From positions 1,674,001 to 1,738,000 of the forward strand of contig NC_043021.1 in the NCBI RefSeq assembly GCF_006345805.1: 64,000 nucleotides of DNA. Reading direction: 5' to 3'. The DNA is from Octopus sinensis (Eukaryota). Shown piece by piece: positions 25,835-39,460 of this stretch (positions within the stretch are counted from its first letter, which is position 1; the number at the start of each line of letters is the position of its first letter). The notes below the pieces were generated by a model. It was not told where the DNA came from, did no database searches, and worked only from the letters and a program-made list of their open reading frames with translations. The position numbers and the translations under genes are program-made.

Positions 25835-27110
25835 TTATAATAAATATTAGGGAATATATCCAAATTTACAGGGAAAAAAAATCAGATTTAGGATTAAATC
25901 CAATTTATAGTAAAATATTATAAAATATTATTTGAGACAAAACCACTATTTTGCAAAACAAACAAGGAAAGACTTAATCAATACATAAAATTTAATAAAT
26001 AGTCAAAAAAAACCGCCACTACAATCGTTTCTTGTCTTATCGACAATCTTCAGGTGGACTTCCAATCTAAAAAATCAAAATTTTAAAATATAAAAATAAT
26101 ACTTTTAAATAATTAAAGTATAAATGAAAAAATATAAGTATATAATCCATATATAACCTATATATAATCCATATCGAAAATATAGACTAATTACCACGAA
26201 TCCCTAAAAAACCATGATAAAACAAAACTCTTAAAAACATATAACGATAAAATCTCCCTTTGCTAAACTCTATAACAAACCTATAAAGTAAAACCCCTAA
26301 CCTAAACATTCACACACAAATACACACACGTAAACCACAGACTCACGACTTATACACATACCTATACTAACTTATAAACCTCAATATACACCAAAACCCA
26401 CTCCCTCCCACACAGACAAATGAACACATACATCCCAAAACCTAAATAACAAACCCATATACACATTCACACACAAAAACACACACTCACACGCAAAACA
26501 CTCACACACAAAAGATACATATACTCCCTCACATATACGCCTATACATACTCACTAAATTCGACATTACAACAATACTTACACACCCACAAAAAAACATT
26601 ATATACATTTATGAGCTTTAACTCACCTAGCATCTCTAACAAACAACTTGCAGTAACCAATCCCATTCTCTATGCCTACCTCACTACTACACTATTCCAT
26701 TCACATTCCAAGCAACGCTAGTCCACCACCCGGTTATTCACGTGGCAAAACGAACACCACTCAAAAATTATGAATGAAAACAATGTAACAAAATAAAAAC
26801 ACCTAAAATAGACAAAATACCACGAATTACCTAAAAAAACCATGATAAACCAAAACTCAAAAAGCATATAACGATAAAATCTCCTTTGCTAAACCCTATA
26901 ACAAACTTATATAGCAATCCCCCTAACCTAAACATTCACACACAAAAAACCCACACGTAAACACAGACCCAAGACTTATACACAACCTATACTAACTTAT
27001 AAACCTCAATATACACCAAAAACAACCCTCCCCACACAGACAAAATAACACATACATCCCAAAACCTAAATAACACACCCAAATACACATTCACACACAA
27101 ACACATATAT
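25835..27110 (-). mobile_element. Penelope-like non-autonomous repeat with hammerhead and ~285-bp internal direct repeats
   Basis: Hammerhead at 26016-26057; 26195-26475 repeats at ~26818-27100; strongly G-poor on the + strand. Confidence 0.5.
26016..26057 (-). ncRNA. Minimal type I hammerhead ribozyme, intact core
   Basis: Minus strand reads CCAC-CUGAAGA-UUGUC-GAUAA-GACAA-GAA-AC-GAUU-GU-A^GUGG; all three helices are Watson-Crick paired. Confidence 0.8.
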
Positions 27111-27210
27111 GTATGTATATCTATATGTGGCTGTGTGGTAAGAAACTTGCTTCCCAACCACATGGTTCCGGGTTCAGTCCCACTGCATGCCACCTTGGGC
27201 AAGTGTCTTC

Positions 27211-27248
<38 letters not shown>

Positions 27249-27649
27249 GACAACCTATGTTGGTGAGTTTACGTCCCCGTGACATAGCTGCTGACTGACA
27301 GGGTTTAAAACACAAGTGACAGATGTTGTTCAACTTGTTTCTATATGTTTGCCCTTTGTAATCTGATTCTGAAGGGATGTTTTTTGTGAACTAGCATATG
27401 TATTCTATTGTCGTAAGAGGCGGTTGGTGTCCAAGACCATTACTTGTCTGGGCATTACGATTTTCATGTGACTTCATATGGTTCACGTATCCTGCTTTTG
27501 GCAACAGAACACGGTCACTGATAATACGTATCCAATGTCCACTGTTGATTACAATCCCAATTGTTCTTTTGCGACAGGATATTTTAAGTTCAGAGTGCTG
27601 AATCATACACGCGTACAAACATACATACATACATACATACATACATACA

Positions 27650-27685
<36 letters not shown>

Positions 27686-27837
27686 TTTGTATGTATTAAT
27701 CGATCTATCGAATGTTTTTCGTTATACTTTCAATCAATTACCGTATTTTCTGACAAACGAACAGACGTATCGAGGTTTTCGGACCAAAATTTTCAACCAA
27801 TAGAAAAATGATGATCGCCATCATCACCATCATCGAC

Positions 27838-27885
<48 letters not shown>

Positions 27886-27950
27886 GTCGACGTTGCCGTC
27901 GTCACCATCACCATCATCAAGATCGTGATTCTCCTCTCCTCCTCCTCCAC

Positions 27951-27987
<37 letters not shown>

Positions 27988-29682
27988 CTATCCGCCAAGA
28001 CAATTTTGGAGGACCAAAACTTCCATGCGAAAGGCAATGATGATGTTTGAGTGTTTACGATATACACTACGTCGACTTTTGTGGCAGAAAATACAGTAAA
28101 AAAGAAGTGAACTATAACCAGTTTGTGCGATTTCGTTTCGCGCAATGATCCACCCAATATACAACAAACAACACGTGCTTATTGCATCTGTCTTTATGTG
28201 TCATGCAGTCAGCAATCGTGAAACTCTATGCCAAGGTCTGAGGACTTACTTTTTTATTTCATTTTTTTCTTGTTTCAGTCATTAGTCAACCGCCATACTG
28301 GGGCACCGCCTTGAAGTATTTCTGTCGAAGTAATCGACTCCGGTTCTTATTTTCTGTTTTTTAAGCTTGATACTTATTCCATTAGACTCTTTTGTCAAGC
28401 CGCTAAGTTACAGGGACGTAAGCACACCGACACCGGTTTTCATATTTTCTTGGGAAAGGGACAGCGATGCTTTCTCGTTGTTGCCTTCTGCCGGTTTGTT
28501 TACAATTAACTCTGCTAGTCTTTGGCTCTGAGGAGCTTACCATAGAGGCCCAACCCTTAGGCAGAGGGGACTGGTCTGGTTCCTGTGACATTAGGGTTTG
28601 CCTGCGCACCAATGTGTCTGTATGACCCATGTCTCCTCTGAGTCCTGTATGTAGGTGGCAAGCTGGCAGAATCGTTAGCACGCCGGGCGAAATGCTTTGT
28701 GGTATTTCGTCCGCCGCTGCGTTCTGAGTTCGACTTTGCCTTTCATCCTTTCGCGGTCGATTAAATAAGTACCAGTTACGCACTGAGGTCGATATAATCG
28801 ACTTAAACCCATTTGTCTGCCCTTGTTTGTCCCCTCTGTGTTTAGCCCCTTGTGGGCAGTAAAGAAATAGGTATGTCTCATCAACAAGAAGCTATCTTCT
28901 GCTGTTTGATCCGTAATTGGAACTTTTAGCAGATACTGCCACCTCGAGCAGGGGCGGGCCTGAGACTATACAGGTCACGAAGGGGTTACCCCGTACCCAA
29001 CAAAATTACGGAACTTCCAGCTTAGAATCTCACCACCGGATGTAGTTTAATGCATTGCCCAGTCCAGTTGGTGCGCGCGCATGTGTATGTGTATGTGTGT
29101 GTGTGCATGAATGGCCTTCTCTCTCGTTCTCACACTCTCACTCTTTCGTCCTTTCTCTCTCTCTCTCACGCTTTCTTTCTTCCTCTTACCCTGTCTCTCT
29201 AACCTCCTCTCTTCTCTCCCTCTCCCTCTTTCCTCTTCCTCTCCCTCTCATTCTCCCTCTGTTGCCCTCTCTTTCCCCTCTATCGCACACTCTCTCTCTC
29301 CCTTCATCCTTCCATCTTTCTTTTTCTCTTCCTCTTTCTCCCACTCTTTCTCTGTCTTCCTCCTTCTCATCCCCCTCTCTCTCTTTGTCATCGATCTCCC
29401 ACTTTAACCTTTTTACTGCTGCTGCTGCTGTTGACAGTAAACGTTTAGCCGTGTTTCAAACCTGACTTTGACAATTCCTCTTTGAAACGGTCGGTTATTC
29501 TCGTAATGACCACCACCACCACCGCCGCCGCAGAGACAACACTAAACTAATTGGCGGCAAGTGAAAGTGTGTGTGTGTGAGTATATATATATATATCTTG
29601 CATTCAGGTGGTGCTATTAAGTTAGACATGGCCTTTGGTCGAAACATATCTAAGTTTATATATATATATACATACATACATA

Positions 29683-29718
<36 letters not shown>

Positions 29719-29742
29719 TGTATGTATGTATGTATTATATAT

Positions 29743-29784
<42 letters not shown>

Positions 29785-29794
29785 GGATAGATAG

Positions 29795-29831
<37 letters not shown>

Positions 29832-29859
29832 TAGATAGATAGATACATACATACATACA

Positions 29860-29895
<36 letters not shown>

Positions 29896-30057
29896 CACAC
29901 ACACTTCTTTATGTGTGTGCCTGTGTGTGTGTGTATGTGCGTCTTTGTTTTAAGGCGTCATTGTGGACACAGGAATGGGGGGGGTGATGTGTGAGAGCAT
30001 GTGCGAAAACATAAACCAATTGTTGGGGGGTGGGGCTTCTGTGTGAGTGTATACGTA

Positions 30058-30097
<40 letters not shown>

Positions 30098-30392
30098 CCA
30101 TATTAATCCCCCGCCTCTCCCCACCCCCACCCCACCACCAAAACAAGCCAATTTTCACCTGTCCAACATCTTGGCACCTGTGTAATAATGTGCTGACATT
30201 CCAGACACTTGTGAGAGAGTCGGGGTGGGCCAGGGAAGAGCGACAGGCTTTGAAAGTTCGTCCTGCTGCCGATCTTGCATTGTCGTTGCTGCTACTGCTG
30301 CTGTTTTTTCTACCGAGGCCTATTGTTGTTGCTGATGTTCTTGTGTCTGTTGCAATGGTCCTTGTAGACTTCTTGGTGGTGGTGCTGGTGGT

Positions 30393-30444
<52 letters not shown>

Positions 30445-30454
30445 AGGTTGTAGC

Positions 30455-30494
<40 letters not shown>

Positions 30495-30504
30495 CGGTAG
30501 TAGC

Positions 30505-30552
<48 letters not shown>

Positions 30553-31014
30553 GGTGGTGGTGGTGGTGGTAGTAGTAGCAATAGTAAGGTAGTGGTGTTG
30601 GTGGTGGTGGCGGTGGTGGTGGTGATAGTAGTAGTAGTAGTAAGGTAGTAGCGGTGGTGGTGGTGTTGGTGGTGGTGGCGGTGGTGGTGGTGATAGTAGT
30701 AGTAGTAGTAAGGTAGTAGCGGTGGTGGTGGTGTTGGTGGTGGTGGCGTTAATTGTTCATGTTAACAGACAGTAATATCAACACGACTGCAATTAAAAAA
30801 GAAACGCCCTCCCTTCCCCATCCCTTACAGCAACAACAACCAGCCCCCCACCCCCACACCACCCAGTGGAGCCTTGTACATGGTCACTCGGCCTGTTAGA
30901 AATAGTAGTCAAGTCTCCATTTAAATCACACTCCACTGTAAAGAAGTCATACAACGAGAGACATTCCTGTCACGACCATCGCGTCTTCTTTCTTAAGGCT
31001 ATCTACAGGCTACA

Positions 31015-31395
31015 TTCGTGGCACTCCGTCGGTTGCGACGACGAGGGTTCCAGCTGATCCGATCAATCGAACAGCCTGCTCGTGAAATTAACGTGCAAGT
31101 GGCTGAGTATTCCACAGACACGTGTACCCTTAACGTAGTTCTCGAAGAGATTCAGCATGACACAGAATGTGACACGGCTGGCCCCTTTGAAATACAGGTA
31201 CAACACAAACAAGAAGAAAGAGTGAGAGAAAGTTGTGGTGAAAGAGGACAGCAGGGTTCGCCACCCCCACGCCCTGCCAGAGCCTCGTGGAGCTTTAGAT
31301 GTTTTCGCTCAATAAACACTCACAATGCTCGGTCTGGGAATCGAAACTGCGATCCTACGACCGCGAGTCCGCTGCCTTAACCACTGCGCCATTGC
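31015..31395 (-). mobile_element. tRNA-derived SINE family C, representative copy
   Basis: Head GTGGAGGCGCAATGGCGCAGTGGTTAAGGCAGCGG...TTTCGATTCCCAGACC. Other copies at 18105-18220 (-), 19101-19620 (+, interrupted by a family A copy at 19205-19390) and 44428-44710 (-). Confidence 0.8.
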
Positions 31396-32546
31396 GCCTC
31401 CACACAGGCTACATCATGTCCAGTATGTCCGTTCTTTTCCTTAGCGTATGATTTGAAAGTGATTTGGCTGCTATTTCATCTTGACCACTTTCTCCTCACC
31501 ACTGTTCATTGTGACTAGTTTGCTCTTCTGCGCTGCCAGTCATCCCCTACTCTCCCCACTCAATACTAACATCCCCATTTCTCAACCCCACCCCATGCTA
31601 TCCGGCACCCTCCACCCAACTACCCATTTCTACCCACCTCCTCCCTTGGCGATCCATTCTGTCACTTCATCATCACTATTTTTATCGCATTGCTGCTCTA
31701 CCGACCGATAACTCCCACCTTCACTTCTAAAATGCGAGTCACCATGTTGCCCCACCATGGCAAGAAACCTGTTATGCTCCGGTCCATCTTCTCTCGTACA
31801 TTCTACTCCTCCTCCTCTCCAAGCATAAAGCTGCCCCCACCCTCCACCCCGCATCGGGGTACCGTAATCCTGCAAGATACGTCGACGAGTGTAACAAGTG
31901 GCTGAGTACCCCACAGACATGTGTACTCTTAATGTAGTTCTCAGGGAAATTCAGTGTGATACAGAATGTGACAACGTTGGCCCCTTTCAAATTACATGCA
32001 GCCCTTTTTCTGCCAGCTGAGGGGAATGAAGCAAAGTGCAATAAAGTGACTTGCCCAAGGACATAACGCGTCGCCGGGAATTGAACTCTCGACCATGCGA
32101 TCGTGAACCGAATAACCTAACCACTAAGTTCGTGGTAAGTAGCTTGCTTACCAACCACATGGTTCCGGGTTCAGTCCCACTGCGTTTCACCTTGGGCGAG
32201 TGTCTTCTACTATAGCCTCGGGACGATCAAAGCCTTGTGAGTGGATTTGGTAGACGGAAACTGAAAGAAGCCCGTCGTATATATGTATATATATATATAT
32301 GTGTGTGTGTGTACATGTATATATGTGTTTGTGCGTCTGTGTTTGTCTCCCCAACATCGTTTGACAACCGGTGCTGGTGTGTTTACGTCCCCGTAACTTA
32401 GCGGTTCGGCAAAGGAGACCGAGAGAACAAGTACTAGACTTACAAAGAATAAGTCATGGGGTCGATTTGCTCGACTAAAGGCGGTGCTCCAGCATGGCCA
32501 CAGTCAAATGACTGAAACAAAAGAATACACAAAGCACACACACAAA

Positions 32547-32580
<34 letters not shown>

Positions 32581-33735
32581 GCTTTTTTTCAGTCTGTCAT
32601 GGGAGAAGGGGATTGAAATGGCTTTCAAAGAATTGTCAAGGTGTTATTTTAAAAAGAGGTGACAGGTAGCAAATTAAGGTGACATTTCTCAGGTACTGCT
32701 GGAATTCTTTAGATGACGGACAGACACTGCACCTGTCCCTTCCCCTCTGCCGCACTGTTCCCACAGCGCATATTTCACTCCACTTCTGCACCAATCTCTA
32801 ACTCACCTGCTGACGAAAGAAAATTACATTAAAAAAGAAAAAAAAAAGAAAAAAAACCTTTTGAAAATTGCATCAAATAAACGTTTTGAAAATAAGACAA
32901 AAAAAGGAAGTCGTAGAGGTTGGCATCTGTAAGAAAACAGCTGTTTGTGATGACAGGGATTGATGTTGCTGTTGATGTGGTTGTTGTTAGTGGTAATGGT
33001 AGAGCGGGCGAGCTGACAAAACCGTTAGCACGTTGGATAAACATGTTTAGCAGCGTTTCGTCCGTCTTTACGGTCTGAGTTCAAATTCCGCTGAAGTTGA
33101 CTTTGCCTTTTATCCTTTCGGGGTCGATGAATTAAGAAGCAGTGAAACACTGGGTGGGGGGGTCAATGTAATCGATTTATAATTATGCACCGACCCAATA
33201 TTTAAGGCTTTGAATTTTCTTTCTTTTTTCATTTCTAAGCACGGTTGTGGTTAAGAAATTTGTTTCCTGACCTCATGAATTCGGGTTCAGTCACACTTCG
33301 GGTCACTTTTAACTACTATAGCACCACGTTGACTAAAGCCCTGTGAGTGAATTTCGTAGACGGCAATTGAAAGAAGCTCGTTGCCTAAAATTTTTCTTTA
33401 AAAACTTTTGAGGAAGAACAAACAGAAAGATGATAGAGATACACTGCCAATTATATTGCTACTTAGGATACACTTAGAATTCGATAATTTTCTGAGGCAA
33501 GTCATTCCTAAGAGATCATAGCAATGATGTTGTGGCCCTAATGCTTCTTATAGACCATTGTAAAACGTAATTTTGAACATTTTACATAACATCAAATATT
33601 TTAAGTGTAGAAAATTTTGTTTCCGCGAACCTTTCAGAAATTCAGCGCAGTCCATTGGCTTGAGAACGTTACCCACCTATTATGAATCTATTGTTGGCAT
33701 GACAACAACCATAACAGAATCAAACGTATTGGCTA

Positions 33736-33800
<65 letters not shown>

Positions 33801-34023
33801 CTCTCTCCCTCTCCTCTCTCTCATCATCTCTCTCTCTCTTCCTCTCTCTCTCCTTCTCTCTCTCTCTCTTTATCCGTCTATCTGTGTCCATGTTAATTGA
33901 ATGTCAAACTGTGCATTCTTTGGTATATATGTAGACATGTATGTATATGTATAATGTATGCACACCACACACCACATACACACATATACATATATATATA
34001 TACATAAATATATATATATATAA

Positions 34024-34078
<55 letters not shown>

Positions 34079-34409
34079 CTAAATGTTTTAATGTCCTCTA
34101 TTGCGTTTTTGTTCCACTTATATATATATATATATATGTATATTTTGTATACACACGCATATATGTGTATAAGTATTAGCTCATTCCTTCATATAATATT
34201 CCAGTTTGAACAGATGTCTTTGCTTATATTATTATTATTATTTTTAATGAAATTTTTGTATGTTTCTTTCTGTGTCCTCCTGACATTTTCTAGTTTGTTG
34301 ACTTTTAAGCAGCTTCTGGGTGTGGTGTGGCAGCGAATTCTAGCTTCGTTGCAAAGACATCGCAATGGGAAACCGCGGGCGCGCGCGTGTGTGGGTGCGT
34401 ATGTATGTA

Positions 34410-34470
<61 letters not shown>

Positions 34471-34776
34471 CTGTACGTGTGCGCCTGCATGTGATTATGT
34501 ATCCATATGCATGTGTACCTATGTGTGAGTGTGTGGGTGTATATATATGTGTATGTATATAGCTATATGTACTTATATGCCTACTGAATATATACATGTG
34601 TATATGTATTATATATGTATATATATATATATATATATAATATATATATATTATCTATAATATATATTATATATATATATATATATATGTATGTTCACAT
34701 ACCTATGCATGTACACAGGCACGTGTCCATATATACATACATATATATATATGTATTGTATATAATATATGTATAG

Positions 34777-34809
<33 letters not shown>

Positions 34810-35012
34810 TACATATATATACAGATACATACATACATACGTACATATATATATATACACACACAATCACACGCACACACACACGCGCGCGCACGTATAT
34901 ATATATATATATATGGGCACACACCTATCTATATATATGTATATACATATATATGCATATATACGTACATGTATGCATATGATTCAGTGCATATGATGTG
35001 TGAGTGCATATA

Positions 35013-35044
<32 letters not shown>

Positions 35045-35084
35045 TGGTGTATGTGTGTGTGTGTGTGTTAGTAATGCTATGACG

Positions 35085-35975
35085 CATTCAAATACTTCCG
35101 CGCTTCCATATTTTTGCTTCATTCTCAATAAATCGGTTAACACTTATTTCCGCCGTGTCCCTGCCTGCAGCCACGCATCTCCCCGCACAGAACGCGACGC
35201 CCTCTATCCAATTGGCCGCTGAGGAGGCATGCAATGTCCGGTTTGCCGGCACCGTGGGTGGAAGGGTGGAAAGGAGCTTCCTTCCCCCATCAGATACGGC
35301 CACCTCGGCCTCCGCTCTCCGGTCCCGCTGACCCGACCAGCGTTTCTCCGGTGACCTCTTACCATGTCCTCATCGATAAGGTTTCTCAACAATACAAATG
35401 AATCTACAGTGATGTTGCGGGGAGGAGGCGAGGTGGCCCACGTGATGTGGAGCCAGCTTGGCCTCCGCCCTGCAAACGTCTATCCAAACGTCTCCTGTTT
35501 ATGGGTGTGCGGTCCCCGCAAGCCAAATGGGACGCCATCCAGTGCAACATGGTCTCGGACAGGCTGCTGCACTGTCTTAATTAGAACCGTCGGGCATGTT
35601 TCCGCTCGGCCTCCCAAGCCCCACACCGATGCCTGGCTCAAAGCAGTGAAATCACTCTGGACTGTTTGCGCATCGGTGTTTCCTCGGGTCGGTCTTGGCC
35701 TCCAGATCTGAGAGCCTCAGAAACGCCGCTACGGATCCACTGAGGATTCTTCCGGCCCCCACCCATTGTCAGGCCATTATAGTGCCGGTCGCTTTCAACA
35801 TCGTGGTACTCTCAATGAGACCATAAAACATAGCCTACACACATCAAGGTCCCCTTCCCGGGTCGAGCCAGCAGATTAGACAGAGGGGAAAGACCAGACG
35901 GCACAGCAGTTTTTCCGTTCCGTGGTGGTAGGCACCTCATCTGGATTACTACATCCTGCAACAACCTCGTGTGTT
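35085..35975 (-). mobile_element. GC-rich degenerate retroelement fragment (possibly Tx1-like 5'/ORF1 region)
   Basis: GC-rich island with broken frames and a knuckle-like RCRQTGHC; shares GATCTGGAGGCCAAG...CGATGC with 8600-8830. Confidence 0.35.
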
Positions 35976-37292
35976 CGGCTGCCAGTCGACCTCGGCGGAA
36001 TTTGAACTCAGGACGTAAAGGCAGACGAAATACCGCTGAGCATTTCGCCCGGTGTGCTAACGTTTCTGCCAGCTCAATACAGACTACAAAGATGCCTGAG
36101 TTTTTAGATCGTTTAGCGATTAATTAAGCATCTTGGTAAATTATGCGAAAGAACTGGGGCCCTGTTTTTAGGTTTATCGTTGTTTCAAAATGGTCAGAGA
36201 AAAATTGGGGTTCGTTTTTGAGATCGGTAAAGCGCCCACGACATTTAGAAATACAATTAAATGAAAGATAAATAATTTAAAGAGACTGTTAACAGAAGAC
36301 AAAAATAAACGGCAAAAGAAAGTCGTAGAATTACGTGGAACATACTTCAATAAGGACAGAGGAAGGAAAAATATGCAGAGATGAAGATCCTTGGTACTCA
36401 ATCTGCCGGGAGCAGACGATACCTGGTTATGATTATGATGGTGATGATGCGACGACGACGACAACGACAACGTTGATGAGGAACATTTAACGCGATGGAA
36501 CTTCCTCAGCTATTTCTAGCCGGTCCAGATTGTGGATCTCGCCAGGCAACATTCTCTGGTTGTATCTGTAGGTTGTTTTGGTTTGCTTTTGGGGATTTTA
36601 GAAGTTTTTTTTTGTTTTGTTTTGTTTGTTGTTGTTGGGTTTTTTCTTTACCGAACACTTCTCCATGTTGTCCTGTTTTTCTAATTAGCGAAAAGAAAAA
36701 AAAATACCAACGGAAGTTTCTGACTTTTGCTAGCCATCTTATTTGTTATTTTATTCGACAAACCTCTTGGTGGTGTTGGTGGTGGTGGTGGTGGTGGTGG
36801 TGGCGGCGGTGGTGGTGTGTTAATGTGATGTAACGACATTACCCCACATGACCAAAGCCACACCGCAACATAATGGAGAGGCGGGGGCAGGGAATCGGTG
36901 AATTATTAGCAGCACGCCTAACATTTAATTATCCAATGTGTGTCTTGCCATTTCCCAAGATAATAAGCACGTTATTTCGAGGGAAATTCGCCAGCCATTT
37001 CTTGCACGTAGACATGGACAACCTTTATCGAGAAGCGGGCCGCATGAGGCATGGTTCATCATCAGGCGGGCCGCGCTACTAAAAACAAAAAAAATTCAAA
37101 GCCCTTTTTGGTAAGGTGCTTCATTCTAAAATATCCGCGGGCCGCAGCTTGTCCTTGACTGCTTTAGAAGCTGTCAGTTGACCTTATGTTAAGTCACACA
37201 TTCATCAGAATAAGAAACATTTCAGAAGTTTTGTTGTGGTGGTCGCCCTCGTTGTCATCATCGTCATCGTCGTATAGCACTTACCTGAGGGC

Positions 37293-37329
<37 letters not shown>

Positions 37330-38175
37330 ACCTTGTCGTCATGGTAGTGGTGGTACGGCTCACTTAGCTCCAACCCAGCTCTGAACCAACAACAGACCTT
37401 GTGATCCATGATATTCCAGCCGTGACCATCTCGTCTTGTTGCCGATATTCTAGTAAGAGAAACCCACCCCCACCCTCTTGATTATCTGATGTTTCTTTAC
37501 TCTTCTTTTTTTCTTTTCTTTACCAACTCTATGCGAGATGAGATTTGAGGGGAGATGTTGGCTGCTATTTCTTGTATGGAACTCGAGCGACCCACTTAGA
37601 GGCCCCTTCTGTGGTTCGGGTCATGTGATGGTGGTGGTGGTGGTGGTGGTGGTGGTGGCGGCGGCGGTGGCGTCGCGGTGGGCTGACGGGGGTGGGTACT
37701 ATCTTAGTTCACAGACTGGAGAAAAAGAAAGGAAGAAAGATCACCAACGTGAGTGTGAGAAGTAGAGGGGGGGTTGACATAGCAATCTGTCTCCCACCAT
37801 CACCATTCTACTCCCTCACATCCTTTTCTGCCCTCCCCCTCTCTCTTCGCTGTCACAGTTTGAAGCATGAGGCGGGGTGTGAGGAGTGGGAGGGGAGGAG
37901 ATTTTTGCTGACGTAGATGGCCGGTTGGTCGGTTGGTGATGAGTTGGTGGGGGTGTTATCAATTTCATTTGGTTAGTTCGACGCTCACACACACACACAC
38001 ACACACATTTTAACAGCTGGTGACTAATAGATGATGATGGCGATGATGATGATGATGACGATGACGACGACGGCGATGACGACGATGATGGTGATGATTG
38101 CGATGATGATGGCGATGATGATGATGACGACGACAATTTTTTTTAATATTATTATTATTATTATTATTATTATTT

Positions 38176-38683
38176 CATGTTTGACTTTTGCTTTGCATTT
38201 GCATTTGTACAAGTCTCCCCCAGAGACCTCAAGAGACAAGTTAGAAGCTCCTGTTGGTGTTATGTCTAGGGTGTCATATATTTGGTTTTGTACAGTGTTG
38301 TACTAGTGAATGTTTAAGAAACCATAAGAAAATTATGTTTGTTTTAAAATTTGAGATTACATAGACAGTATTTTACGTAGGATATGGGCAGTTCCCATGA
38401 CCACTATCCTTTGAATTTCTGCCATTTTGGGTTTTCCGGGTATATGAGCTAGGTAGCAATCAGCCCCTTTTGCTAATATTCCTTGGGCACCTATGACAAC
38501 AGGTAAGTCTTCAGGTTCCACATTTTGCTAATTTCTATTTCAAGATCTTTATACTTGCTCAGTTTTGGGTAGGTCTTGGCAGATACGTTTATATCGATTG
38601 GGACAGCCATATATATCAATGAGGAGGCATGACTTTTGCTTGAAGTCTTTCAATATAATGTCTGGCCTATTTGCATGTAGAAA
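38176..38683 (-). mobile_element. Dong/R4-clade element 3' fragment, second copy
   Basis: Similar to 14278-14800 (RPDII.KDF / IDM.VP region + 3' UTR); embedded in (ATT)n. Confidence 0.8.
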
Positions 38684-38684
38684 C

Positions 38685-38754
<70 letters not shown>

Positions 38755-38809
38755 TTCAGTGCTAAATTATTGGCAGAAGCTAAAAAAAAACAAACAGGAA
38801 GCTGTCACC

Positions 38810-38937
38810 ATGAAAATTGAACTCTTGATCGGTGTCTTCCCATGGCTGTGTATTTTAGCTTCGTCAACATCAAGCGTTGTAAACAACACGGACAACGAGC
38901 TCGGTCCCCTTCGGAACGTTTGTGTTTCAACGATATC
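38810..38937 (+). CDS. EMI-domain type I receptor, coding exon 1 (signal peptide + start of EMI domain)
   Basis: ACC-ATG start; MKIELLIGVFPWLCILASSTSSVVNNTDNELGPLRNVCVSTI-S. Acceptor tttcag at 38758-38759, donor GTAAGT at 38938 (phase 2). NVCxxxxS followed by a phase-2 intron matches the MEGF10/11 EMI exon layout as I recall it. Confidence 0.88.
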
Positions 38938-38968
38938 GTAAGTACCATCCCCTCAAAAACTTCTATGA

Positions 38969-39011
38969 CCCTAACCCTAACCCTAACCCTAAACCTGACC
39001 CTAATCCTAAC
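38969..39011 (-). repeat. Short (TTAGGG)n-like tract
   Basis: CCCTAACCCTAACCCTAACCCTAAACCTGACCCTAATCCTAAC, ~30 nt into intron 1 of the EMI gene. Confidence 0.6.
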
Positions 39012-39424
39012 TCCTCTGTAGTGTCGGCGTTTAGTACCAGACTGTTTAGAGGTGGTGTCTTTTATCTTTTACTTGTTTCAGTCATTAGACTATGGCCAAG
39101 CTGGGGCACTGCCTTGAAGAATTTTTAGTTTAGTGCAATGGTTCTCAATTGGGGTTCTTATAGCTCTTTGGGATCCATATAAAGCCCTGCATTTAATTAG
39201 TCGTGCTTTTACAATACACAAAATATTTTAAGAATTTCTTAATTATACAATTCCTAATAATATTTCATTATAAAAATATAAGAGGATTTTTTAAACATAG
39301 GCGCATGGTTCCGGGTTCAGTCCCACCGCGTGGCACTTTGGACAAGAGTTCTCTACTATAGCCTCTGGCCGACCATTGCCTTGTGAATGGATTTGGTTGA
39401 CGGAAACTGAAAGAAGCCCGTCGT

Positions 39425-39460
<36 letters not shown>

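Noticed and set aside
31480-31870. Possible RTE-type RT fragment (EVKVGV...VMDEVTE-like) on the minus strand
   Set aside because: Too degenerate to support a call without a profile search.
38969-39011. Interstitial telomere or chromosome-fusion scar
   Set aside because: Only ~7 partly degenerate units; such CCCTAA runs are common inside non-autonomous transposons.
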